Part shown: piece after piece, positions 56,466 through 63,815 of the stretch
Layout of the letters: the number at the start of each line of letters is the position of its first letter
Numbering within the stretch: position 1 is the first letter of the stretch
IMG/VR virus record: IMGVR_UViG_2974672511_000001
Coordinates: 12,919-76,918 of that record
Reading direction: 5' to 3' (one strand)
Origin: a virus
Lineage: Duplodnaviria; Heunggongvirae; Uroviricota; Caudoviricetes; Schitoviridae
DNA length: 64,000 nt
Translations under genes and position numbers: made by a program
Notes under the pieces: model-generated
What the model saw: only the letters and a program-made list of their open reading frames with translations
What the model was told of the DNA's origin: nothing
Databases searched by the model: none

Positions 56466-56810
56466 CTAACCTCGACGAATATATGTACGAATTTGAGCTG
56501 TACCATCTTGAATGCTCTTAGCATCCGCCAACCAACGGTAATGTGTATTCTTAGCGGTGTTAAAGAGTAAACGTAAGCTCTTACGCTCACTACGTGGAGT
56601 CATTGCGAATAACTCTGCATAAGCTAGTTTGAATTCTAAAGGAACACGGATAGCGCCTGATGGGTAAACGTACTCATCTTTCAACTGCACTTTAAGTGAG
56701 CTTGCGATACGAATACGTTGGATACCCGCACGGCTAGTAGTGCCTACAGCTTGCTTCAGTGATGTACCTGCGAATAGATCTAGTTGGTTTAGTTTCATTA
56801 CTGTATTCAT
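56466..56810 (-). CDS. hypothetical protein (114 aa)
   Basis: Preferred over the overlapping 56306..56590 membrane ORF because of its upstream AAGAAGAG RBS. Either could be real. Confidence 0.4.
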   Translation of the reverse strand: MNTVMKLNQLDLFAGTSLKQAVGTTSRAGIQRIRIASSLKVQLKDEYVYPSGAIRVPLEFKLAYAELFAMTPRSERKSLRLLFNTAKNTHYRWLADAKSIQDGTAQIRTYIRRG

Positions 56811-56824
56811 GTGATTTACTCTTC

Positions 56825-56986
56825 TTACTCTAAGGTTATTTTACGGAGACACTTGTAGCCTTTAGGTATGGCCATGTTTAGTGTCTGTGTCAGTGATTCA
56901 TGGTGGTAATGACAGATTCTTAATTCGAACCCATCAACAATTGATAGGGATGAACCCAACAACAGAAGGCTAATCATGCGCTTCAT
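56825..56986 (-). CDS. small signal-peptide protein (53 aa, below the ORF-track cutoff)
   Basis: MKRMISLLLLGSSLSIV... Coupled to the downstream gene. Confidence 0.3.
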   Translation of the reverse strand: MKRMISLLLLGSSLSIVDGFELRICHYHHESLTQTLNMAIPKGYKCLRKITLE

Positions 56987-57215
56987 GCCCTTGGTGAAAG
57001 TTCATAAACTTACCAATTACAAACGTATGGTTATATGGTTTACTCATTAGACTGTTCCTATACTTTTAGTCTATCTGACATTCCTGTCCTCCACTTAAAT
57101 TCTTCTCAAAGCTTTTCCAACCATCCCTAGAACTCTAGTAGAAGTAGACTATCTTACCTAGAGTCTTCTAAAATCCACTAGTGAACGAAGTGAATGCTTT
57201 TGATCTTTGTGTGCT

Positions 57216-57244
57216 CTTAAAAGAAAAAGGAGCCCGAAGGCTCC
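57216..57244 (-). terminator. intrinsic terminator (− strand)
   Basis: − strand reads GGAGCC-TTCG-GGCTCC followed by TTTTTCTTTT. Confidence 0.7.
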
Positions 57245-57246
57245 AA

Positions 57247-57468
57247 TTATAAATCTTCCATTAGAAGATGCATCTTGATGTAGGAGAGTGCTTCGCGGTA
57301 GGTGGATTCAACGCATAACAGATTACTCATATCTGGGGTGTCAACGTGATGTTTCTTATCTAGCTGTACCGAACGTTCATTGGACACTACCCACGCCCGT
57401 GTAGGAGGTGCTACCTCAAGTATTAGATACATGCTCGCCTGCGTTTTAGACTGGTAAATTTTAAACAT
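57247..57468 (-). CDS. small protein, C-terminal tag family member (...YREALSYIKMHLLMEDL)
   Basis: Family motif. Confidence 0.5.
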   Translation of the reverse strand: MFKIYQSKTQASMYLILEVAPPTRAWVVSNERSVQLDKKHHVDTPDMSNLLCVESTYREALSYIKMHLLMEDL

Positions 57469-57820
57469 TGTCCATTAACTCCAACATTTGAATGTAATCA
57501 CGTACGTCTTCCAAGGTTCTGAAGTAGCCGTGATGTCCTATTACTCTATGTAGCGTTAGTATTTGACCTTCGGGGGTATGTAATGCGTGTCTATTATCGT
57601 AGTTCCCAAAGTTGTTAGGTCTTACAGTACCGTTGTTGACTAGAGGGTCTAGTTCAGCTGCCTTAAGTATACGCGCTACCTTGTTACTTGAGGATATAAT
57701 TACCCAAGTGGTTCTGGTTAGATTGTACCGTGACTCACCTTCTATTAACATGAATCTTGCGTTATGCATTGAGTAAGTGCTCCATTCTATGTTGTCCATA
57801 GGCTTCAGCAAACGTATCAA
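57461..57820 (-). CDS. small protein, C-terminal tag family member (...GYFRTLEDVRDYIQMLELMDNV)
   Basis: Family motif. Start codon overlaps the stop of the upstream gene. Confidence 0.5.
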   Translation of the reverse strand: MIRLLKPMDNIEWSTYSMHNARFMLIEGESRYNLTRTTWVIISSSNKVARILKAAELDPLVNNGTVRPNNFGNYDNRHALHTPEGQILTLHRVIGHHGYFRTLEDVRDYIQMLELMDNV

Positions 57821-58025
57821 ACTCGCCTACGAACACTAAATTTCCTCTCGCAGAATTACGGAAGCCATTATCTATTTCGTATGCACAGGACTCATCTTTA
57901 GTATTTTTCCAGTAACCTAACTCATACTTAAGGTCTTTAGGTTCTTCATCTAACCACATAAATTTTACGGCATGTTTGATCGCATAACGGTTATCACCGT
58001 CATCCACCCACAGTTCATATTTCAT
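57762..58025 (-). CDS. small protein, C-terminal tag family member (...VGEFDTFAEAYGQHRMEHLLNA)
   Basis: Family motif. N-terminus MKYELWVDDGD resembles 61128 (MKYALYKDESD). Confidence 0.5.
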   Translation of the reverse strand: MKYELWVDDGDNRYAIKHAVKFMWLDEEPKDLKYELGYWKNTKDESCAYEIDNGFRNSARGNLVFVGEFDTFAEAYGQHRMEHLLNA

Positions 58026-58033
58026 ATCTTATC

Positions 58034-58060
58034 CTTAAAGCGGGGCACCGAAATGCCCCT
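58034..58060 (-). terminator. hairpin downstream of RNAPII large subunit gene (weak U-tract)
   Basis: GGGGCA-TTTCGG-TGCCCC on the − strand. Confidence 0.35.
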
Positions 58061-58065
58061 ATTGA

Positions 58066-59280
58066 TTAACAAATGCAGTATACGCTCTTACGAATGTATG
58101 CAGCCATTTCAGTCTTAGTTAGACCGTTACGTACGTTAGCGTACTCTTCCTCTTCGCCAGTTAGATCGCTGAAGATAGAGCTTAGTAGGTCAGACTCTGC
58201 TAATTCAGCTAGAATCTCACGGTAGTGCTCACGCATTGATTGCACATGGTTTGGTAGGCTCTTGAACGCATCGTGGATAGTAATCAATTCGAATGACTTA
58301 CGACTAAGTACATCATTGATTACTTTGTTAGCACGGTAGATCTCTTCGAAGCTAGACTCTTCGATATCCATCTCACATGCAGTACGAAGGCTCATTGGAG
58401 TAGATAGGTCGATTGGTTCAAGTGGCTTAGTATTAAGCATTAGGGCAATCTGACACTTATCAGCAATATCGCGTAGGTTGTAGCCGGTCACATTCTCAAA
58501 TGCAGTGTAGTTACAACGTCTGTGCATCTCACGTACCATGTACGCATCGATAGAGTGAACTACGTTAGCAGCTAGCATTACAGCATGGTCACGAGTACCA
58601 ACCTCTTTGAACTCTTGGAAGAATGTATAACCAAGTTCATCAACGTGGATCTCTTCCATACGTGAGTTAACCACACGAAGTACTACCTTGAATCCATCAG
58701 GAAGTCCCCAGATGTACTCTTCAGCTTCTGGATCCCACACTTCAATCAGGTCATTTCGTAACTCATAAGCCCCTCTAAGCTTCTTACTACACATGTAGTA
58801 GAACTCATCCAGTAGAACTGAACCTACGCCTAGTTCTTTCTCAGGCTCTGCTGTAGAGCCATAGAAGTACGTCATTAGAGCATTCTTAGCCATTGAACGT
58901 GTTAGTTCAGTTGCTGACTTAAGACCAGCAAGGATAGCTTTAAATGCTTCGGTATAGCAGTCGTAACGCTTTGAAGGGTCAATTAGGTTAGTCCATAGAC
59001 CACCAGTGTAACAACCAGTCAGGGCTGACATGATCTGTACACCAGATGTAGTTGAATCAAACTCAACCAAGTGACCAGAAGGTTTACCGGCTTGCGCATC
59101 ACGTAGAGCCATCACAGACTTCATGAATGCGATTGGTTCATCAGCATCCAGTATCATCTCTTCCAGTTTATCGATATTCTTCTCGGTGAACGCTAGACGC
59201 ATCTCGAACTCTTTCTTATCAAGACCGAAGTTGTTTGCTACATCAATGAATAGAGCTTGCTTACCATTTAACTTGATCAT
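58066..59280 (-). CDS. T7-like RNA polymerase, C-terminal (catalytic) subunit; N4 RNAPII gp16-like
   Basis: 404 aa. EFDSTTSGVQ (motif A), RSMAKNALMTYFYGS (motif B), ITIHDAFKS (motif C). Confidence 0.7.
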   Translation of the reverse strand: MIKLNGKQALFIDVANNFGLDKKEFEMRLAFTEKNIDKLEEMILDADEPIAFMKSVMALRDAQAGKPSGHLVEFDSTTSGVQIMSALTGCYTGGLWTNLIDPSKRYDCYTEAFKAILAGLKSATELTRSMAKNALMTYFYGSTAEPEKELGVGSVLLDEFYYMCSKKLRGAYELRNDLIEVWDPEAEEYIWGLPDGFKVVLRVVNSRMEEIHVDELGYTFFQEFKEVGTRDHAVMLAANVVHSIDAYMVREMHRRCNYTAFENVTGYNLRDIADKCQIALMLNTKPLEPIDLSTPMSLRTACEMDIEESSFEEIYRANKVINDVLSRKSFELITIHDAFKSLPNHVQSMREHYREILAELAESDLLSSIFSDLTGEEEEYANVRNGLTKTEMAAYIRKSVYCIC

Positions 59281-59325
59281 AATACTTTCCTATTTATGAG
59301 AGAGGTGCCGACATGACACCTCTTT

Positions 59326-59340
59326 AAACACGTAGTGTTT
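59326..59340 (-). promoter_or_regulatory. hairpin promoter candidate of the vRNAP type (6-bp stem, 3-nt loop)
   Basis: AAACAC-GTA-GTGTTT, preceded on the + strand by CCTCTTT. Upstream of the RNAPII large subunit gene. Confidence 0.5.
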
Positions 59341-59342
59341 GT

Positions 59343-59555
59343 TTAATTATCTTCCAGTATCTCTACTAGTCGCTGTTCTTGGTTTATCGGGTAGCTCTCA
59401 AGAGTAGCCACATCCCATGACATTTGGTAGTAGTCACAGTTCTCGTTCTTACATGAGATAGAGCTGTAGTCAGTATTAACTCCACTCTCACGTTTATGTA
59501 GCATGTCACCCTCACATATAGGGCATAGGTATTGCTTTTGGTTCGGTTCAATCAT
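59343..59555 (-). CDS. small Cys-rich protein (70 aa), C-terminal ...RLVEILEDN
   Basis: C-x-x-C pairs. Confidence 0.4.
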   Translation of the reverse strand: MIEPNQKQYLCPICEGDMLHKRESGVNTDYSSISCKNENCDYYQMSWDVATLESYPINQEQRLVEILEDN

Positions 59556-59781
59556 TCAATAAAATCTCCATCTCATATACAGGTAGAATATCGCCAACAG
59601 TGTCAACATCGAATAGGTGAGTACAGATTCCTATGGAGTACTCCACATCACGACCCCACCAACTACTAGGGTCGGGTACGTAACTTTCATTAGCTCTAAT
59701 AGGGTTGTACCACCATGCTTTATCGTTATGTACAAGTAGAAGCATACTACCCATATCGTTTATATACACACTAATCATCAA
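59548..59781 (-). CDS. small protein, C-terminal tag family member (...LFDVDTVGDILPVYEMEILLND)
   Basis: Family motif. Confidence 0.45.
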   Translation of the reverse strand: MMISVYINDMGSMLLLVHNDKAWWYNPIRANESYVPDPSSWWGRDVEYSIGICTHLFDVDTVGDILPVYEMEILLND

Positions 59782-60025
59782 CAGTCTCCAACATCTTGAT
59801 CATGGGTAATAGTTTTTCAAACTTTTGGTATCTACCGTCATGTCCTACAAACATGCACTTACCACAAGCATTTGTGGAGTTATTCCCGTATACGCAGTGA
59901 GTACACATGTTCTGACCACTCCCATCCATAGTGTTACGGAACAAGAGATTTGCATCATCTAAACGTCCAAGCTTAATTAACCACTTTAACATTTCTGATG
60001 CTGTTGGTTCTGTAGGGTCACTCAT
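59771..60025 (-). CDS. small Cys-rich protein, C-terminal tag family member (...GHDGRYQKFEKLLPMIKMLETVDD)
   Basis: Family motif. Confidence 0.45.
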   Translation of the reverse strand: MSDPTEPTASEMLKWLIKLGRLDDANLLFRNTMDGSGQNMCTHCVYGNNSTNACGKCMFVGHDGRYQKFEKLLPMIKMLETVDD

Positions 60026-60028
60026 CCA

Positions 60029-60202
60029 TTAACTCTCCAGTAGTTCATAGGTTTTAAGTAAGGCGATTAAATCGTCTAAGTCTTTATCAGTATTGAAAGG
60101 GCACTCACCGCATTTAAGGGTTGGGCAGGCTACTGACTCGCAGAGTGTATCTCTGCCAGTCAGTTCCAATACCTTAACAAGTGTAGGTATTTTAGAATCC
60201 AT
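60029..60202 (-). CDS. small protein (57 aa), C-terminal ...FNTDKDLDDLIALLKTYELLES
   Basis: ORF-track N-terminus overlaps the upstream gene out of frame. Start moved to MDSKIP, overlapping the upstream stop. Confidence 0.4.
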   Translation of the reverse strand: MDSKIPTLVKVLELTGRDTLCESVACPTLKCGECPFNTDKDLDDLIALLKTYELLES

Positions 60203-61124
60203 CCACAACTTCCTTAACATGCAGATCAACGATACTCTTACGGAACACGTCACCTTGCGTATTTGCATGGTAACCAGAAGCGTACTTACGTCCGCGCTTA
60301 TCAGGTTTATGTGCCATGTAGAAGCGGTTACCATTCTTAACCAAGTAGCTGTACACATCAGCAGAGTCACGCATGAACTTGTCATACTGCTCTTTACGCT
60401 TAGGGTCTTGCTTTAACTTCACTTGAAGCTTCAGCGGCAACAGGATTGAATCGGTAATGCCTTTAAGCATGTCCACATTCAAGCTGAGTGCTACACCATT
60501 AGCAATGTTCAATGTATCCAGACAGATATCACCATCGTGGTGGTTGAACTTACCTAGGATCAGAGATTTCTCTTCACCGGTCATGTACGGTGTACTACGG
60601 TTATGAGTAAGCATTGCAGGCTTGCACACCATAGGAGGAAGGAACATAGCACGTTGAATCAGTTGGCTCGTGGTCTTGCTTACTTCCCAAGGGTTAGTAA
60701 TGTACCAATACTCTTCAACAATCATCTGACCAGTCTCTTCGTCTTCAGACTCATACTCGCTATGCTCAAGGTCGAATAGATCTGCATCAGCCAGAACCAC
60801 TAACACACGGCAAGCCATTTCAATAGCGTCTGCCTTATCCATATTTCCATACAGGTGTGCTAGTTGACCGGCAATAGCGCTAATCAGCTCACGACGTTCA
60901 TCCAATGCCATTACTAATAGCATTGCTTCGTGTACCACAAGACTAGGCTCATCGCCTAAGTCCATATCATGTTCAGCACTCCAACGATATAGCGCCATTG
61001 AGGCTTCAAACATAACTTCCATTAGCTCTGAGTCACGTGCAATCTCGTTCTCTAAACGAGTACGGATGCCTGCTTTGCTCAATGAAAGTTCAGTTGCTAC
61101 TTGTACGTCTACGATATTTTTCAT
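60192..61124 (-). CDS. putative N-terminal subunit of T7-like RNA polymerase; N4 RNAPII gp15-like
   Basis: 310 aa in the early block upstream of the catalytic subunit. Assignment from N4-like gene order and size only. Confidence 0.4.
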   Translation of the reverse strand: MKNIVDVQVATELSLSKAGIRTRLENEIARDSELMEVMFEASMALYRWSAEHDMDLGDEPSLVVHEAMLLVMALDERRELISAIAGQLAHLYGNMDKADAIEMACRVLVVLADADLFDLEHSEYESEDEETGQMIVEEYWYITNPWEVSKTTSQLIQRAMFLPPMVCKPAMLTHNRSTPYMTGEEKSLILGKFNHHDGDICLDTLNIANGVALSLNVDMLKGITDSILLPLKLQVKLKQDPKRKEQYDKFMRDSADVYSYLVKNGNRFYMAHKPDKRGRKYASGYHANTQGDVFRKSIVDLHVKEVVDGF

Positions 61125-61127
61125 GGG

Positions 61128-61355
61128 TTATTCCTCTAATAAATGAAGCATTCTTAATGTATCTAGGGTATCAAACTCACCAAGAAAGGTGAGGACGGTA
61201 GGTTTAAACTCGTCGGTATGGTGTTTATCCTTGTTCCACACGTAGTGTAGATCTAGCTCGAAGTCAGCAACTGAGTACCAACATGCCTCGTCACCACATA
61301 CTACCTTGTATGGTGTTAATGGATCTGATTCGTCCTTATAGAGCGCATATTTCAT
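61128..61355 (-). CDS. small protein, C-terminal tag family member (...FLGEFDTLDTLRMLHLLEE)
   Basis: Family motif. Shares the GGTGAGTTTGAT core codons with the adjacent paralog. Confidence 0.5.
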   Translation of the reverse strand: MKYALYKDESDPLTPYKVVCGDEACWYSVADFELDLHYVWNKDKHHTDEFKPTVLTFLGEFDTLDTLRMLHLLEE

Positions 61356-61365
61356 GGTTTACCTC

Positions 61366-61650
61366 TTAGTCGTGGTAAGGTATATCTTCCATCAGTGCAA
61401 ACATCTCAATTGCACTCTCTAAATCTTCACGTGAATCAAACTCACCTAAGAATTCACACGTTGTTGGAGGCTGTACTATATTACTAAATGCGTATGGATC
61501 GCCCTTACCAATCAAGTACGCATCATACTGGTCTAACCACCTAGTGTTAAATGATTTGCTGTTACTGGCGCATATCAGAGTCTTGTTTGTAGCATATACA
61601 CGGAACTGCCTAATATAACTGTCCTTAGGTTCTAGGTATAATGTAAACAT
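61366..61650 (-). CDS. small protein, C-terminal tag family member (...FLGEFDSREDLESAIEMFALMEDIPYHD)
   Basis: Family motif. Confidence 0.5.
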   Translation of the reverse strand: MFTLYLEPKDSYIRQFRVYATNKTLICASNSKSFNTRWLDQYDAYLIGKGDPYAFSNIVQPPTTCEFLGEFDSREDLESAIEMFALMEDIPYHD

Positions 61651-61719
61651 ATTAACTCTCCGTTGATTTATTTATAGAACTATAAAAGAATGGCACACCC
61701 TAAGGCATGCCACGTATTG

Positions 61720-61992
61720 TTATGCGAATTTAACTTCGCCTTTTGGAGCATTGTCTACAACATGCACTGTACCAACCAGCTTGAATTCGATCGGTTCAGA
61801 ACCTTTCTCATCAGCAGCCATTTGAGCATTGATCATCATCTCGTGGATGTGCTTCTCAAGATGCATTGCCATGTCTTTAGGTAGACGGTGCTTGTTACCT
61901 TCCGTATCAACAACCTCAAGACGCAAGAATGCATCAGCAGGTTTGAAGTTAGAGTTAGTAGTTGCACGAGAAGTTGAAGTTTTACGAGCCAT
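61720..61992 (-). CDS. hypothetical early protein (about 90 aa)
   Basis: Start moved to MARKTS. Lies downstream of a hairpin promoter. Confidence 0.4.
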   Translation of the reverse strand: MARKTSTSRATTNSNFKPADAFLRLEVVDTEGNKHRLPKDMAMHLEKHIHEMMINAQMAADEKGSEPIEFKLVGTVHVVDNAPKGEVKFA

Positions 61993-62041
61993 AATATTGT
62001 ACCTATTTAAATTGAATTGGGGATGCAACAGCGCATCATCT

Positions 62042-62056
62042 TAAGCACGTAGTGCT
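62042..62056 (-). promoter_or_regulatory. hairpin promoter candidate of the vRNAP type
   Basis: AAGCAC-GTA-GTGCTT, preceded on the + strand by CATCATCTT. Confidence 0.5.
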
Positions 62057-62121
62057 TGATAACATTCTATCTTGGCATATAGAGGTGATTTAATGTGTAG
62101 GACACGCTCTTGATCTTTGTG

Positions 62122-62150
62122 TAAAGAATTAAGCACCCATAAGGGTGCTT
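62122..62150 (-). terminator. intrinsic terminator (− strand)
   Basis: − strand reads AAGCACCC-TTAT-GGGTGCTT followed by AATTCTTT. Confidence 0.45.
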
Positions 62151-62360
62151 AATAGTTTGTACTACATACGACAGAAGGCGTCATACATGTGAGTACGTCC
62201 GTAGAACACAGTTTTGTTTAGGTATACCATTAACTCTTGTACAGTAGAGAACTGCATTGATTGATATTGAATCATTACTTACCTGCCTTACGTTTAGCGT
62301 CTTGAATTGCCTTTCTAAGCTTAATTAGAGCTTCTTTACTATAGTTATTTAACATAGTAG

Positions 62361-62567
62361 TTAGCCCTTTAGTGCTTCAAGCACAGCTTTCTTAGTCATA
62401 CCAAACTTACGGCATACTACCGTTAGTTGCTTTTGATTACCTGACTGTACAGTATCACCACCAACACCATAGATACTTACAGTAATGCCACCATTGCGTA
62501 GCGATTGAACACGTACAGATTGGTTAGCTTGGTTAGTCATGCGGATTACTTTAGGGGAGATATTCAT
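62361..62567 (-). CDS. hypothetical early protein (68 aa)
   Basis: Compact ORF. Confidence 0.4.
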   Translation of the reverse strand: MNISPKVIRMTNQANQSVRVQSLRNGGITVSIYGVGGDTVQSGNQKQLTVVCRKFGMTKKAVLEALKG

Positions 62568-62598
62568 AGTTATTACCTTATTACTTTATGGGATAGGG

Positions 62599-62727
62599 TT
62601 AATTGAAGTCGAGCTCTTGCTCATCTTCAAATTGCTCTAGATCATCTACTAACGCATTGAACTCATCAAACGAGGTAGCTTGTGCAGTGATATTCTTTTC
62701 AGGTGCAGTATAAATAAACGAGTACAT
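62599..62727 (-). CDS. very small acidic protein (42 aa, below the ORF-track cutoff)
   Basis: AAGGAA RBS. Sequence MYSFIYTAPEKNITAQATSFDEFNALVDDLEQFEDEQELDFN. Confidence 0.3.
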   Translation of the reverse strand: MYSFIYTAPEKNITAQATSFDEFNALVDDLEQFEDEQELDFN

Positions 62728-62773
62728 CTCTATTCCTTATTAATGAGCACACAACATGTATGCTCTATTCATT

Positions 62774-62986
62774 TTAATCACGTAGTGATTCTTCACGTTC
62801 AGCACGTGCTTGCTTACGTTTTACTTCAGCATCAGCTAGCGTATCGACAGACTGTGCACCACATTCAATGTAGTGACAGATAAGACGGATGATGTTGTAA
62901 GGTAATTTGATTAGTAACCAGATGTTCATTAGCATGTTATACACTCTCTTTAGTGATGGTTTTAAAGGTCTCATGTGATGCATCAT
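62774..62986 (-). CDS. hypothetical early protein (70 aa)
   Basis: Compact ORF. Confidence 0.35.
   Translation of the reverse strand: MMHHMRPLKPSLKRVYNMLMNIWLLIKLPYNIIRLICHYIECGAQSVDTLADAEVKRKQARAEREESLRD
62776..62790 (-). promoter_or_regulatory. hairpin promoter candidate of the vRNAP type
   Basis: AATCAC-GTA-GTGATT, preceded on the + strand by CATTTT. Confidence 0.5.
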
Positions 62987-63278
62987 CCATGAGGTATTGC
63001 ATTTGTATCCACTGAGTCAGTTCATTAACGTCATTGAAGTCACCAATAATATGTATAGACTCTTCATTGAGGATATGACCACCATCAACAAACATTCTAT
63101 GGTGAGGGTCAGCTTCTTCAGTCATATATTTAAGCTCATGCAATATATTATTAATAGCACTTAGGGCATTTTCCACATTAGGTGATATACCACCTATCCA
63201 TGCAAATTGATCATGTTCTGTCAACATAGCTAATGATGTGCCTTCTCCGCAGTAAACATTAAATAAACGTAGCTTCAT
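62937..63278 (-). CDS. small protein with internal tag motif (...IIGDFNDVNELTQWIQMQYLMDD...)
   Basis: Family motif followed by a 17-aa extension. Confidence 0.45.
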   Translation of the reverse strand: MKLRLFNVYCGEGTSLAMLTEHDQFAWIGGISPNVENALSAINNILHELKYMTEEADPHHRMFVDGGHILNEESIHIIGDFNDVNELTQWIQMQYLMDDASHETFKTITKESV

Positions 63279-63407
63279 AGTTTATAACCTTAGGGATATT
63301 TTGAGGGTTAAGTATTAGTATAGATATAGCCATTAAAGACTATATCCATAGTAATAGAGTATAGGGTTAGAAGTTAGTAGAAGTATTAGTATACTTCTAT
63401 AGTAGTA

Positions 63408-63641
63408 TTAAGACTTGTAGTAGATGTCTTCTTCTACAGTACATACACCATTTACTTGAGTGATATCTTTACGCTCTATCCCTTGTGATACAAGGACATG
63501 GATACATTTCATATCTTCTATGTAATGTCTCATATCTTTATGAGCTTCTTCTATTAGTAGGTGTAACATTAGTGAACTGATAGCAATTACAGTAAGTACA
63601 GCGGTAGTAGCTTTAAGGGTATTCATAGTGTTTAGTCTCAT
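63408..63641 (-). CDS. small membrane-anchored early protein (77 aa)
   Basis: N-terminal hydrophobic helix. Confidence 0.4.
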   Translation of the reverse strand: MRLNTMNTLKATTAVLTVIAISSLMLHLLIEEAHKDMRHYIEDMKCIHVLVSQGIERKDITQVNGVCTVEEDIYYKS

Positions 63642-63711
63642 GTGGTAAGGGTTAAGGATAGGGAGATAATGTAGAATAAATCATTACATTCACACTTCTT
63701 CCCTCATCTTT

Positions 63712-63724
63712 CTCACGTAGTGAG
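63712..63724 (-). promoter_or_regulatory. hairpin promoter candidate of the vRNAP type (5-bp stem, 3-nt loop)
   Basis: CTCAC-GTA-GTGAG, preceded on the + strand by CATCTTTCT. Confidence 0.5.
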
Positions 63725-63750
63725 TAGTCTTTCCTACCCTATCTATCCGT

Positions 63751-63770
63751 TTGTGTTGTGTTGTGTTGTG
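63751..63770. repeat. (TGTTG)x4 microsatellite
   Basis: tgttgtgttgtgttgtgttg between a terminator hairpin and a promoter hairpin. Confidence 0.6.
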
Positions 63771-63782
63771 TAAAAAAAGGTA

Positions 63783-63815
63783 GAGCAGCCCGAAGGCTAC
63801 TCTGCTTTTGTTTCT
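63783..63815 (-). terminator. intrinsic terminator overlapping the stop of the partial early gene
   Basis: − strand reads GCAGAGTAGCC-TTCG-GGCTGCTCT followed by ACCTTTTTTT. Confidence 0.55.

Noticed and set aside
56306-56590. 94-aa membrane-protein ORF overlapping 56466..56810
   Set aside because: The two − strand ORFs overlap out of frame. The longer one has the better RBS and coupling context. I cannot exclude that the membrane ORF is the real one.
46749-63278. Explaining the shared C-terminal L-E-[ED] endings purely as in-frame Shine-Dalgarno sequences of coupled downstream genes
   Set aside because: The SD explains only the last 2–3 codons (verified for 57461→57247 and 49071→47879). The preceding ~15 conserved residues (GxFDT..EA..YI.M) are not constrained by an RBS.
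63751-63770. TGTTG repeat as a CRISPR or iteron array
   Set aside because: Only four 5-nt units, no spacers. A simple microsatellite between a terminator and a promoter hairpin.
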